Positions 1 to 14,496 of a stretch of DNA of 64,000 bases are shown here, one piece after another. Both the position numbers and the translations under genes were made by a program. This DNA comes from Tubiluchus corallicola. Its lineage: Eukaryota; Animalia; Priapulida. The notes below the pieces were generated by a model. The model did not search any database. It had not been told where the DNA came from and saw nothing but the letters and a program-made list of their open reading frames with translations. Within the stretch, counting starts at the first letter, position 1. Each line of letters opens with the position of its first letter. The stretch covers positions 62,001-126,000 of the forward strand of contig JAQGDQ010000010.1 in NCBI GenBank assembly GCA_030141605.1. The letters are read 5' to 3'.

Positions 1-697
1 TAATCCATGGTAAAACAAACACAATAAATCTTTTAAGCATATTGATAGTTCTGAATTAGGCCTAATTTCTGATAAACTCTCTGATACTCTACCGTCTTAA
101 CTAAGTTTAGGTTGGTCAAAACTTTTAGATAATTTGTACTAAACGCTATTAAATTTTGTTCATTCTTTCGTTTGCTTAACAAATTTATATTAATTTGTTT
201 ATTTATTTACTTATTAATTAATTTATTTATTTTTATATGTTCATTTGTGTAAGCAGCCATTTATTCACTTACTCATTCGAAAGTCGCACCAGTCAGGCAT
301 GGCAATCAATAATGATCACTAATCTTAGTTTAATTTAAAGTTTTTATTTATTTATAGTGGATTTACAAAACTCTCTGCATCTGATACAGGTATCTCCACG
401 GTGCAAGTGCTAAGTCCTTAGTGCCAATAAAAAAATAATGGGCATCACAACGAATATCACACTTCATTTGATGAAACGCTTGGCTCAGTTACAACACTAA
501 TATAATGATTAAAGTTATATACACGAACAGCATAAAGACAACATTTTTAATAACATCTGACAGTAATAATAAAAATACAATTACAAAGTAAGTTGACAGA
601 TTAGTCATAGAACAGTAAATTTCTATTGTACTGCAAAGCGATTTAATAAACTGTTGTAACAAATTGTGGAAAATAAATAACCAATCTTCTATTTCAG

Positions 698-3352
698 ATG
701 CTGAAATTGGCAGTTTTAGCAACTCTGTTAGTGGTTGCTAGTGCAGGAAGCCTGGCTTTCCGCCGAGGATATCCTAGATATGGTCACATAGGCTATGGTG
801 CTTTAGGACTAGGAGGATACCATGGTCGACTGGGCGGGTATGGACTGGGTGGATATGGATTAGGTGGTTACAGTCTGGGCGGTTACGGGTTGGGAGGTTT
901 TGGTTACGGTCACGGCGGTTACGACGGTTACAGACTTCGTAAGTACCACATTTAAAAATCAATGCAAAATTAATTATACCCAAAACTAAGCGAAAATTAA
1001 TGAACCTAAGGGTAAACGAACTAAATGAGTTAAGAACCCTTTACAACTAAATGAGTCACTAAACAGAGTAACTTACTCCAATATGCCCATGTTCATAGTT
1101 TAATTGTATCGTGTTTTTTCATGATCTGTCTTGTTTAATTATGTTTTTGTCAGGGCGCGTATGCGTAAATATAATTTAGTAGTTTCTATTGAAATTTTTA
1201 TAAAAACTAGTATAGCTGGGTGTCTATTTTATTTAATGCTATGTACTTTTTAAATGTATGAAATAATTTTAAAATAAAAAAGAATAATAATTAATTTATA
1301 CCGTCTTTACTGTCCAACGTCTATACTCGTGGCTGCCTATAGTTTTACTGCCTGCTGTGAACAAACTAGTTTAGTAGTACCGTAGCATTAGTTTAATGTA
1401 AATTCAGTATTAGTTTAATTAGTGGAATAGTAGAATGACAGACTTGTAGACTAGGCGATTAGCTAACTAATTACATAACTGTAAATAAAAGGAAACTACT
1501 GAATTACTAGTGTGCCTTCAACGGCAAGTTATTCAACTGTGATTAACACAAAATAACGTTTGCTCCTCCACCTTACCATCTTCTGTTTATATTTCGAATG
1601 ACGATGGTAAAATATTTTAAACCTTGTCGTGCAAATAATGTTCTTAATAGCACTAGTAGTTTTTTTGTATTATTAAGAGATCAATTTAAGGTTGGTTCAC
1701 TTTGGAAGCTACTGTAAAATTTAAATCGCGCATGTTACGTACTCAAATGTCCCTTTTTACCAGTAATTCGTTTATTTGCCGTTGCTTTTTGTTTGCAGAA
1801 AACTATTAGCACATTATAGAAGTAAAAGGGTTAATATGTGCAGCAATCAAAAAGCTTCTTAAAAATAATAGCAAAAAGTGGAAAAACAACTAGCCTGAAC
1901 TTACAAATTGTTCACGCTTTCTTTAAGTTTTTGGAGATGGTGACGATGACGGCGACGATGGCGATGCTGACGAAGGCGATGATGGTGGTGATGCAGAAGA
2001 GGAACAACCAGAGATCCAAGAAACATCACCAGTGATAGAAGAAGAAGAGGAAGACGCCGATGAGGAGGAAGAACGAGAACAAGCGCAAGGGAAATTCTTA
2101 GGGTTCCTTGGTGATGAAAGCCACCATTACGGAGGACTATTTGACGACCACTCCTTGGCAACTCACGTAAGTTTGTTAGTTCACAGAATGCAAGTTGCCT
2201 ATGGTTTGTTTTTGTTCGTTTCTGGGAACAAGTCGACAATCACTTTAATTTGTGCCTTGTGTGACTCCCTTCTCCCCTTCCCCCCGCAAAAAATTAGCTC
2301 AAAAAGACAAAACATAGCTAATTCAAGACACAATTTCTTAAGGTCACTATATCATTATGGTATTAACGATTACTGGCAATCACTGCATTAGCACCACAAC
2401 TGCCATCAGATTAGTAAATTCTTATATTCCGATCAGTACTTACAGACTAATAATGTTTCGAGCAGCTAGTCTAAAACTGACAAACGAAAATTACTTAGGT
2501 TAGTGATGATTTTTCAAATTTTGCTTTGATCGTTGCAAAAAGGCATGTAACAAAAACGTAAAAGGCTGGAAAAACCTCATTCGAACAGAAAAATTGTTAT
2601 TTTTTGTTTCGTTACAGCCTGCAAGAGATGCTGGAGACTTTCCAGAAGGCACAGGATATTTGGGTGAAATCACAGGTGTCTTCCCAGAGCAGTACAAATT
2701 CCTATTTCCAGACTATGGGGCAGAAGAACAAGCACCAGCTAGTGAAGAGGAAGCAGCAGATGAAGAACAAGAAGCTGCTCCAGCAGAAGAAGCTGAGGAA
2801 GAACCAAGTGAAGATGATGGGGATGAAGGTGATGACGGTGATGACCTACCAATTGATTTATTTGCCTTGGCGACTCAAGGTATTGGAGGTGATTATGGGG
2901 CAAGTGAAGAAGAAGCAGCAGATGAAGAACCGGCTCAAGAAGAAGCAGATGAGGAAGATGATGACGAAGAAGAAGCAGATGAAGGTAGCCCAGTAGGGAT
3001 ATACGATAATTTATTGCTTTGGGGAATCAATCAACGACCAGGTTATGGAGGATTCTACAATGGCTTACACCGTGGCTATGGTCTCGGCTTAGGTGGATAC
3101 AGATATGGACACGGTCTCCGGCTGTATGGCTATGGACGCCGTCACCGGCTACGTTATGGCCTGAGGCGCCGGCTAGGTTATGGTCCTCGACATCTTGGGT
3201 ATGGATATGGGCTTGGTCATCGTGGTTATGGATATGGACTTGGTCATCGTGGTTATGGATATGGACTTGGTCATCGTGGTTATGGATTTGGTAGATATGG
3301 ATTAGGATTAAGAGGACAAGGATTAGGCTACAGATATGGTGGCTTTTGGTAA
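698..3352 (+). CDS. Secreted Gly/Tyr-rich and Asp/Glu-rich low-complexity structural protein, about 404 aa, 3 coding exons (698-938, 1928-2166, 2618-3352)
   Basis: ATG directly follows a tttcag acceptor. Signal-peptide-like start MLKLAVLATLLVVASA. GTAAGT donors at 939 and 2167 and AG acceptors at 1927 and 2617 join in phase (1, then 0). The product has GGYGL repeats, D/E blocks and a GYGYGLGHR-repeat tail ending GGFW*. AATAAA at 3525 and 3804. Confidence 0.85.
3198..3290 (+). repeat. Coding 27-nt tandem repeat (GYGYGLGHR, about 3 copies)
   Basis: The unit ggttatggatatggacttggtcatcgt is repeated nearly perfectly. Confidence 0.85.
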
Positions 3353-6300
3353 TCTATTTACTTAAACTCCACATCAGTTAAAGTAATGTTACTCTTTTTC
3401 AGAAAAATAAGCTCTGTCGAAGAAGTAACTACATCAGAAAAACTAGAGTCAGCAAAACCAATTTACAGGATAAAAAGTATAAAGTTAATTTGGAAAAAAT
3501 GTTAAACATGATATTCAGGCTAATAATAAACCCCACACATCTTTATCAGTTAAGTGGAGAACCCAAACAACAGAGAAATGACAGATGTCGAACATCCTGA
3601 AGTGCTCTGTTTCAATTTGTACAAAGTTAAAAGTGTCTGTATTTTGTATAAATATTAAAATGTTATGTTGCAAAACAAGTTATACATTTGTGGGATTTTT
3701 TTTCAGAAACGCTTACAACAAATTTACGTGTAACTTATGTCAAAGGTCAAAGATATGATGCCAAACTGTATGGTACAGTAAGATATTTGTACTGTAAAAT
3801 ACAAATAAAATATAAAAAATGAACTTTTTTAAGCATTAATGGCATCATCACTGTCACCATCATCGTCATCATCATTATCACTGTTATAATCGTCGTGCAA
3901 CTTTTGTTTTCTCACAGTCTGCAACAACACCAATAACAATGATCATAAAAGTAACATCGGTAGCAGCGGCAACAACAAACACCAACAGCAGCAGCAATAA
4001 AGCATACAAGCGACCCACATCGTCTTGCAGCTCAGTTCTTCCATTTTCTTAAGAACAACACAGTCCTTCCAAAACCCTCATACAAACATTTTTAATGTGT
4101 CTGTGCATTTTATAAATCCAGTAAACTGGAATGGGAAAACACCAAGTGTACGTTTTGCAAAAATGGGGAAAAATCCATAAAATGGTGTTTCCATCAGCGA
4201 TTCAGATTTTAAAAAAACAAGCCATCAATAAAGATACACTATATACACCATTATTTCACGTGTATGTATTTATTGTAATTAACGGTGAGGTCAACCCACA
4301 GACACCTACCTCAGAATTATTCCATAGTATAAGCTGCAGTATGGCGCTCCTCAAGTTTTGGTAGCATTTAGTAAAAAATCTGTTTTCAGTTGTGTTGTGT
4401 TGAAATATGTACTAATTTAGTTTGAAAAAAATAGTAACATTTCTTCCTAAAGAACATTTTTCATGACAAACAAAAGACGGCTATTCTAGTTTATTTAAAG
4501 AATTTGCAATAAGTTTACTTCCAGCTATGTAATGTTGCTAAAATACATCACGAATAAAAAATATTCAAGGATCGTGCAGGCTATTTAGAGGATGGCTCCA
4601 TCTGGGTGTGAACGCCATAATTTTATTAGCCTAACGGCCCAACATATCATAATCCGGCCCAACATATGGCCCTACAGACACCATATATAAAGTATAATAG
4701 GCTAACAATTTTTAACAACAATAACTGAAGTGGGGTGATCTGAACAACCAGAGTTCAATACTCATCCTGGGTGGTTTCTTTTGGCCATAATAATTGTTGC
4801 TGTACAAGAAAGGTATATACACATCCTCATGAAGCTAAGGCACCTCTGCCGGTTCAATGGCTCATTTTAGGGGCATAGTATTCATAATGACACAGCCACT
4901 CAAGCCATGAACAATCATGTTGAGTAGTCTTTTCGGCTGTATATTGCATTCCTGCTTGCAGTGTGCAGAATTCGATAAAAATAAACAAACAAATGAATCT
5001 GTTCAGGAATGACCATAAATGATATTAGAAGTATTGATTAAACAAATGCTTTTGAGTACCCTTATAGCTTTTTTTATTACAAAACTTGTGAAATTTTGAA
5101 CAAAATCACACATTCAGCAAAAAAGCTTTAATATAAACTAGAAAAATATTATAAGTGCTACAGTGCTGTGCTGTGATTAAATCACAATTTAAAAACCGAA
5201 ACTTGGACAAAAGACAAAAGGTACCAAAAACCATACATTGATAAAGGATTGCTATAATAAAAACATGTTAAACTCTGCTATCTAGACAGTCTAGTGCTAG
5301 CTATATCCCTTATGCGACACGACACTTCAAAAAATGAGGTTTTAGTTCAAGGTGCAACTAATTGGTGGTATTTACAATAGATTTTACAACGTACATATAG
5401 AATGTACATGTAGCAGGCGCTATGTTTTCATAATTCAAAATTCCAAAGACTGGGAAACTGGAGACTATGCCTAACGTCTTCTGATGAAGAAGTTAATAGA
5501 TTTCACCAAATTTCATTTACGTCACAATAATTGAATTTATTTGTTAATTTTTACAGAGTTCTTAGGACATATGCGTCGAAATTATTTACTTCAATTACTG
5601 AGAAATAGTCAGCTGACAAAGCAGTGTTCATCAGAAATCTACGACATGGAGTCCTCCCCACTTTTACATTGATTAGCAAGAAAAAAGCAGCATTTATACA
5701 AACGTATAGCATTACACGTAAATTCCAGGGTGATCTGGTCTTAGCCCAGTTATTATACACAATCGTTGGTAAGGAACTATTAATAATAATTTCAATTAAG
5801 GGCACTTTAGATAAAATTTTTAACCAAAAGCTTTGTCCCTTAAACAAGAGTGAAACAACCTTGACATATCTTTTGGTCCAGCATGACCAGGTGACAGTTT
5901 TTTAAGAAAAGGCAATGTAACAAGTCGTCTTCTTCTGGGTATAATTTCAGCATTCCAGCAGGTTGGACATTACCAAAGGAAAGAAGAGCAAAAATTATTT
6001 CAACAAACATGTAATTCATTTAAATGCAATACAGGTCAATAGATCTGCATTATTACTGATGTTATATGCAATCGCGGATATTTTTTCATATACCTATGTT
6101 TATACCAGGTTTGCTACTATTACAGAGATAATCGAAATTCAACGAGGGAATTTTTAAGCAGATTCCAAAATTATCATTACATTTGGTACAAAAGCAAGTA
6201 GGCATGCCCCAATAAGAACTTTGCCATGAAGTTAAGTAACACTAGGCTTATCTAGTGATCAGCTAAATGACGCCCGGAAAATACTGTTTCTGAGCAGTTT

Positions 6301-6836
6301 CAGTTGCTACCTTGTGTTATATAATTCTCTCTCTGTCTGAAGATGTATATAAATCCAACATTTACCAGTTCAGGATCTCATTTTAAACGAATGGGCTTAA
6401 TAATTAGGCTAGGTTCGAGCATAATAGTGAAAACAGATAGACCCTCCATCAAGAGTTGGATACTGGTTAATGTATTAATGCACCAAACGACAATAAAGAA
6501 CTACTCACTTTCCTTATGTTTCATGTTTCCTTATTTTTCATGTTCATTCATCTGTTTGCTAATTTGTTTTTTGCTTCTTTGTTTATCTGCATGTTTGTTT
6601 GATTGTCCATTTTTCCTTGTTTTTCAAAATAGATTTACTAACCTTTTTAAAATTAGATTCTTTTTCAAAAGTTTGTCTCAGCTGTCAATTTGTAGGTCAG
6701 TTAGAAGACATTACCTGATTGGTTTGCTATAGTATTGTTTGTCTCATTTACTGTTTCTTTGTTTGTTTTTTTTTTATTTCAATCAATCAACAAATTTTAT
6801 TTAAAAATCTTTTATAAGGTGTGTTTAAGTAACTAG

Positions 6837-8566
6837 ATGCTGAAGATTGTAATTCTGGCAACTCAGTTCGCAGTTGCTAGTGCAGAAAGTTTGGCACGCC
6901 ATCTAGAATATCTCAGATATGGCCGAATTGACTATGACACCTTACGACATCATGAATTAGAAGGATATGAGAATTATCGACTAGGTGGTTTTGGAGGAAG
7001 TGTTTTTAGACTAGGAAGCTATGGGCTTGGTGGTTACGATGGTTACAGATTCTGTAAGTTAACTTAAGTCATTACAATTGATCAAAATAACTTTCATTTC
7101 ATGTATTTTACACTTGATTTGGCAGGTTGGAACACATTTCCTTAGCAAGAAAATTCTGAGTTAGCTATACATTATTGTAAGTTTGGCCAAAAGGTTCAAG
7201 AAAATGGTCTGTTAAATGTTGGACCTCAGTTTGACACAACTTCTGTGGCACTTTTAAGCTCTACCTGATTATATTAAATTCTAAGGAAGGGTCCGATTTC
7301 TGTGACACAATCACTTCTATTAGAAGACCAGAGAAAATTCCTTTAGTTCGGGTTATTCTGATTGTGGTATGGAGTTTGCAAACCCTTCCTGCATTCCAAT
7401 AAGTATAAAAGTATGTTGCAGCCAATTGCTTGCTTAGAGTGAATAAAACATTGACTACAAAAATGGTAAGCTATTCGTCACTGCTTCTAATAATGATGAA
7501 ACAATAATTAATAACAGTGTATTCATTAATCATTAATAGTTGGAATTGAGCATGATAGTGATGATGACAGCGACAATGCACCAGAAAACAAAGGACCAAT
7601 AATTCAGGAAAGCTCATCTTTTGTGGGAGGGAGAAGAAAAAGATGACGAAAAATCAGAGCTTCTGGGACTTAACAGAGAAGAAAAATTTCTAGGCTTCCT
7701 TGGTGACGGAAGCCATCGTTACAGAGGACTCTTTGATGATCATTCGCTAGCATCAAATGTAAGCATTTGGTCTTTGGCAACAAAATGTTTCTGTGTTGTA
7801 TAAAATGTAATTGAAAAAACTAAGCTTTTTAGTTTTCTGTCTAAAATTCAGCGAAAACTAAAATAGCAGAGACAAATTACCAGCTCTAAAGTGTTAAAAA
7901 TATCATTATTGTTACTGCTGGCAGTCGTACTTCTGCCATTTAGAACAAAAATAAGATCAGTACTAAACCACTAAAACGTTAAATTAATATGCTGCCATGC
8001 TCAACATTGTGATACTGAATCACACCTAGCATTTGCTTGGTATAATAATTATTTGTTCTGACACAGTGAACACGCCACATGCAATACACAAAAACAGACA
8101 TGCAATTTAGGTAGAGTTATGCGTCTTTATATCAAACTCTAGATTGATCATTGCGTATTCACCAAGAATAAAATCTGTGTCTTAATATTCAGTGAAAAAG
8201 TTGTTTTTTCAGCCTACATGGTACACTGGAGACATACTTGCAGGTATAAGTAATTTAGGTGAGATCACAGAGGTCTTTCCTATTCAATACAAAATCCTGT
8301 TTCCAAATTATGGAACAGAAGATGAAGGACAAACTAGTGGCGAAGATGAAGAGCATGCAGCCTCAACTGAAGAAACACCTGAAGAGACACCAAGTCTAGA
8401 AGATGATGAAAACACAGATGAGCCAGGAGCAGTTGCTGAGGAAGATCATCAAAATCAAGTGGAAGATAATGCATACAGATTAGGAATATACAATAACCTG
8501 TTACTTTGGAGGCTTAACAGTCGGCCAGGCTATGAAGGATTCGACCCTAGCATAGGTGACTGCTGA
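6837..8566 (+). pseudogene. Diverged tandem copy of the Gly/Tyr-acidic protein gene (exons 6837-7053, 7540-7758, 8213-8566), frameshifted in exon 2 and truncated at the C-terminus
   Basis: Same exon layout and phases, with shared motifs KFLGFLGD.SH.Y.GLFDDHSLA, LGEIT.VFP.QYK.LFP.YG and GIY.NLLLW..N.RPGY.GF. The exon 2 entry frame reads ...IQESSSFVGGRRKR* while the homologous sequence continues in the +1 frame from about 7621. A stop at 8564-8566 removes the Gly/Tyr tail. Confidence 0.75.
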
Positions 8567-11500
8567 GAAGGACGCATATTATCTAAATTTAGATACAATA
8601 CTAGGCAATAGGCATTGCATGTTTGGATACAATTTTAAATATCAATAGGCACGGCAGCCAAATTTTACCTGTGGACGCAATAATTTACTACAGAAAAACA
8701 GTTTCATGCCAGAGACATCTAGCGAATGTTTATGTCGATTTATTCATAGTAAAGATGTGTCTTCTAAAGCTTCTAGCTCCTCTAAATTGCAGACAAGAGA
8801 AAAATGACAGATGGGGCCATTGTCAAACATCTTAAGGTGTTTGCGTACACAGCATTTTTCACTTAGCTAGCTTTGAAAATGCTCAAGAGCCTAAGCAGTT
8901 GTAATGACAATAATGTATTTAATGTTTTTGTTTAGTATAAACTGTATTTGAATTTGACAGAATATATAGCGTTACATGGATATGATTCTGCTGTTCTTTT
9001 TTGACTAACAAGCCGCTCAGTCACTTTCCACTTCTATTAACCTGTGTTCAAGGTTGCATGCACAGCTGGGGGCTGCTCAAGTGAGAAATTGATGACAGCT
9101 TTATGCAACAGTGTGACACGAATTTGTCACCTGTCACGACACACGAGAAAGTCTAAGTGATGCCACTTTGGATTACTGTCAGCTATTTCAAGGCCAGTTG
9201 CCTTTCATTAGAAAACTTGGTACTTGGAGTTGGAGTGTTCAAAAATAAAATTCTTTCTGTGTGCAGATTTTTTCCTTATGTGTCTAAGTTTTTTGGTCGT
9301 TATATATTTTGTAAATCTAATTAAGGTCACAATAGATCATGAACAAAGTTTATGAAAAAATGATAATTTTTTAATTCACGCCTTTACGTGTTCTGTAGTT
9401 TGAGGCAATAATTAAGACATTTAGGTTTGAGAATGAATTAAATCTGAATTTTTGCAAAATTTGTTGAAAAATTTGCAAAGAAATATCTGTAAAGTACGTC
9501 AAATGATAATTCTGCAGAATCTACACAAATTCTGAAATTTCAATTACATGACTGATTAGCTAAAAATGGGGCACCCTCAATAATAGAACCTGGCGAACTC
9601 TATTATCCACTAAAAACTAACGAAACCCAAATGCTAAGATGTTAACGAAAAAAGCACTGAAAATTGCAAGTTCAGCGAGACAAATTGGGATATAAGCCAA
9701 AAAGGTATCCTTACAGTAAATTAGCCAAAGCCACAAAGACAGCTACCAAAAAGATGTGCAACTAATTGTTACTCATTAAATAAGCCATTAGGTTTATTAG
9801 AATCTACTACACAATAATTACTCTCTGTTTCTTTGAAACTTATTCGGAACATCAGCCTGCACAATTTAAATTCACTCTAAAAAATATTCACTATAGATTA
9901 AAGCCATGCTTCTCAAAAAATTTCATATAGGCACTAAGCTGGTACTACCTACAGAGCACGTACAAAGCTTTTAACAACAAGGAAAAAATAACTCTGAATA
10001 AACTGAGTTTGCTTTCAATTGACAATTTTAGTGATAGTGACACTTTTGTATGTTTCACTTTTTTCCCTGAAAATCGGCTGAATAAAACAGCTAAAATATT
10101 AACAAAGTAAATAAAATTAGCAATTTTTGAATAGCATTTGTTGCTGCTTCATACCTCAATGAAAACTCATTTTCAGATCCAAGAAACAGTTTACTTACTA
10201 TAAGCATGTTACTTACTAATTTACTTTAATTTTACTTTTTACCAAAAAATGGCCACCATTACAAACAATCAGAATTTGCAGTTCCAAAAGCAGCCATTAC
10301 TTAATAAAAGCTATACCAATGTACTAAAAGCTTTCTCTAGCTCAGGCTGTTTCAGTATGGCTGGGCTGCATAATAATTATGTTTTACTCAATAATACATA
10401 TATCATTAATATTGTCTGATGTTTTGTATTGTGGTTTCTAAAACAGAAGCCGCAAAGCTAACATTGAGTGACAAAATTTCCACGTTACCCTAGTACAGTA
10501 AGCCAAAGTCCTTGAACAGGCTACATTAGATAGTTTAAAAACTATCCGCAAGGTAGAGCCACCTTCCAGTAAAGCAATGTGGACGCTTAAGCGAGAGTTA
10601 GATACATTTCATCATAGATTTACACTAGTTAGAGACTAGATTCAGACATGATTACTAATATACAATAAAAATACAAATTGTGCACAAATATAATAAGAAC
10701 AGTAATGCTTAAACATGTATTATACTTCTTACATAAGTAGCATGATGCATTGGGGTAACCCTTACGCGATAAGTAACTCATTAGTTATATTTTTTACGAT
10801 ATTTGTAAAATATCAATAAAACACGATAACGATCACGATAATTTTTAAAAATACAATACAGGGCACAAATTTAACAATTTTTTCTAGCAAAAACGGGAAC
10901 TAGCCAAATATATTTGTATTTCATCTGTATTTCTTTCATATTTGTAAAATCACTAAATTATTCAATGCACGAATAAGTGAAGAGGTTCGATCTAGAATGT
11001 GCCAGGGAGATTCTCGTAAAACAGTGGTGTCCTCGTAACACACGCAAGTGAAAAACTTATTGTGATTTGGCATTTGGAATGATTTTAGACAACCACATTA
11101 ATTAAAACCATAATATTACAATTTTATGTAAACGGGGTATTGCTAACTGCATGCCTTGACTCAGAAAAAACACAAGATTTCACTTATATGGAGATGCAGA
11201 AAATATGGCCGGCTTACTTTACAGGCCATAGGGACCAGCGTACAGATGATTCTGAGTTCTGACAGGCAGATTTTACTGGAATTAGCAGGAGGAAATAATT
11301 TTTCAAAAGCACAGACATGTTACACTTTTACCAACACAAATTATCAATAAAAGGCTATAAAATCCTGTCAGCTTTTTGTACAGAAGAGATTTTGCTGGTC
11401 CACCAATGACAAATTGCAACCCTATTGCGCAAGAGGAAGCCATTGTTTCATGTTCTTAGTTATGACTTCTCAATTTTAACTCCAGATTTGTTGATAATCG

Positions 11501-13739
11501 TGAACTTGTGCTTATTTGCACTATTAATTTTAAAGCTGTCAGTTAAATCACACCTAAGTATATATCTAACCTTGTGACTTTACGTTGTACTACCTATAGG
11601 TTAAGATTTAATGACAGCCCATTTTTGGTGCAACCTGCTTTCAAATTCATTTTCATAAATGATCCTTCAAGACATGAGGGCCTTATTATTGGAATTTGCA
11701 CCAATTTCAAAACTTTTAAATCCAATTAAAAGCTAACTTGTTCTTAAAAGCAATTTGTGATTCTTAAAGACTATTTTAATCACTTTTGTAATTTCGTAGT
11801 TTTAACTGTATAAACGTGAATTGAAAACTTACTGAAATGTTTGCAGGCTTCTTAGAGATTTTTTTAGTTTCATAATGCAAGTTTATTGATACTTTAATCT
11901 ACATTAAAAATTCACTGGTTCTAGTGGTGTTATTTTGTGGATGCATTTTGCCGTTTTAATAGTTTAATTTCTTGGTGTATTTTGGACCCACTTTACACAC
12001 CTTATAATTTTATATAAATTTATTATCTTTGTATGTAACATTAGAACTGTAACTACTACAAAGCGTGCTAGAGCATATAGACATGATAGTCCACTATACA
12101 AAATTAAAATAAACTTAATGACATTTTTGTAACAAAATTTTTTGAAAGTTTGTAAAAAATGTCAACAAAAGTTGAACTACTACTGACAAATTTATGATTT
12201 TTTTTGGTTGACAGAAGTTGGAAGACCATGGCATACTTACATCTTTTACAGGATGACAAAAATCAGTAATTTATGTCACATGCCATAAGCAATTAAACTG
12301 TTATTAACAGACAAAACAATAACTTACCAGTTCGTCCCAAAATTAAGCCATCTTTCATTTCAAAGAGTTGATAATCACATTATTGTAATATATTAAGCTG
12401 TAATCTGAAACATAAAAAAACTTTCTTGACACAATATTGCAGAATTAACGAGATACATAAACAGCGAAAATGCTGCACACTGCCAAAAATAAAAAACTGG
12501 ATATAGAAATTGCAATAAACATTGAAAATGTCGTACATTGAAAAATAAAAAACTCACTGTGACATAAAAAGGCTTACAGTTGCTCTTCGAATCACATACA
12601 ACCAATTTCAAGAAATCGTGTATAATAAATTGACAATTTGAACAATTCAATTGTGTTATAAAAAATTTTATCTTGGATTCCACTGATTCAAGAATGCCAT
12701 CAATGTCTATAAAAATTACAATGAAACAGTAGCCAAAGTAGTTAGAAAGCACTTGATAAATTCCTGTCAGTAATGAAATCTATGCCAATAATTTAACAAA
12801 TAATAACAACCACTGCAACTACTATGACAAACAACCGCTAGTTCATCCGATATCTTAACACAGTAGAAATTCTAGCTGAAAGTTCTAGGCTTAGCCTAGC
12901 AGTCATGTAATATGATCTGCTACAAGGCTGACCGTACAAGATTTGTCCAGAAGCCATATTTGTGAATCCCAAAATGCTGCTAGTAGCTCAACAGCTGGCT
13001 GGGTTCAAAAAAAAGTGGCACCGAATAGCAGCCAAGAAAAAATACATAGGAACATGGTAGTGAAAACCATATTCACATGCTGCCCATAATGACGCAATGA
13101 AAAAATGGTAGACATTTGACTAAAAATAATGTCATTCAAAGCAACAAAATGCAATTATTGCCATACTGACTGATAGTACAAATTCCAGACAAAAAGACAG
13201 TATAATGAAATTAAGCAGAAAGGGAAGAAGAGAAAAGAAACACAGAACAGAAAGGGGAAGGAAAGAGAGGAAGAAAAAGGGACAAAAGAAGAGAGAAGGG
13301 AGAAAGGTAGAGAATATTAGAGAAAGTGAGACAGAAAAAGAGGTGGAAAGGGGGGGAAAACGAGAGATGACGATGATGAAGATAAATCTTATTAAAAAAC
13401 CTCTATTTGCTGGCACAACAACATAAGGACAAGTAAGAATTTATTTTACAATCTAAATCACAAATATTTGCAAAGAGCCAATTGACTTTAAAATTTTGCA
13501 ACAAATATTATGAAACTCCAAAAGTTTTCTGTAAGATGAAGTCATCATTAAGTACATTAACAAATGGTTTAAAAGTGTTGTTTTTTAATTAAGACAGCAA
13601 TGTTAAGTTGAGTTAATGTTATTCTTAAAAGACGTACACTTTTGCAAATGTAAGTAAGGCAGTCAACAAGTAAATGCTCACAAATATGGAAGAGGCATAA
13701 AACAAGAATTATCAAGCATGAGTCCTAAACAGAGTAGAA

Positions 13740-13740
<1 letters not shown>

Positions 13741-13835
<95 letters not shown>
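13741..13835. repeat. (GA)n microsatellite
   Basis: Directly visible. Confidence 0.97.
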
Positions 13836-13838
<3 letters not shown>

Positions 13839-14383
13839 TAGATGTGCATGCACGTCAAACTGTATATACATGGACGCCTAATTATCTCAGTGGTAAATAC
13901 AAGAAACACTTGTAAGTGACTCGATAAAACTCCGTGCTCAACAAATTTCACAGGTGCTACAATACTAATACCATTGTTACTTAACTAGTTATGATAGCAG
14001 TATCAAAAATTTTGTTGGTAATTGGAATATTATAATTTGCGGTAGAACAGTGCCTTTTTCTGAAAAAACCAATAACACTAATCATATTTAGAATGTCTAA
14101 ATAGCGGTCTAAAACTAACATAAAACTAAATTAAATTTCATTAATTTTCTGTACGTTGAATATGCTTTTTTGATAATTAAACAGATTGATACTTGAATAA
14201 CTTCTTTGGATATTACGGACACAGAGCCTTACAATTCGCTTACGGAATGTACCTATGAGCTTAGAATAAATTTTTAGGAAACATTCTGAATAAGTAGTTA
14301 ATTTAGAAGCCTGCCCTAGTATGAACAAATCCAAAATTTATCAACGTATAATATTATTCATCAACAAAAAACTGTTTTACCAA

Positions 14384-14496
14384 AACATATTTAACAATAC
14401 CATGCAATACATTACCATTATTAATGTACTGTAAGCTATCTAACATATTTAACAATACCTAGCAATACAGTACTATCATTAATGTACTATAAGGTA
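14384..14496. repeat. Imperfect tandem duplication, 2 copies of about 58 bp
   Basis: aacatatttaacaatacc...attaatgtact.taag begins at 14384 and again at 14442. Confidence 0.8.

Noticed and set aside
3198-3290. Regularly spaced direct repeats as a CRISPR-like array
   Set aside because: The units are contiguous coding repeats without unique spacers, in animal DNA.
5551-5905. Possible RT-like remnant (KFQGDLVLAQLLY), and RTE-like traces at 52150-52680 and 58870-58960
   Set aside because: Too degraded to support by eye; a profile search would be needed.
12328-12404. Minus-strand exon-like segment (tttcag ... MKDGLILGRT / gtaagt)
   Set aside because: No compatible downstream coding exon was found, so a gene cannot be supported.
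13712-13951. ORFs with poly-ER/SL here, and similar poly-N (18267), PTYL (22453), CV/HT (23851) and K/R/E-rich ORFs (13205, 30020, 61265)
   Set aside because: They are translations of microsatellites or purine tracts.
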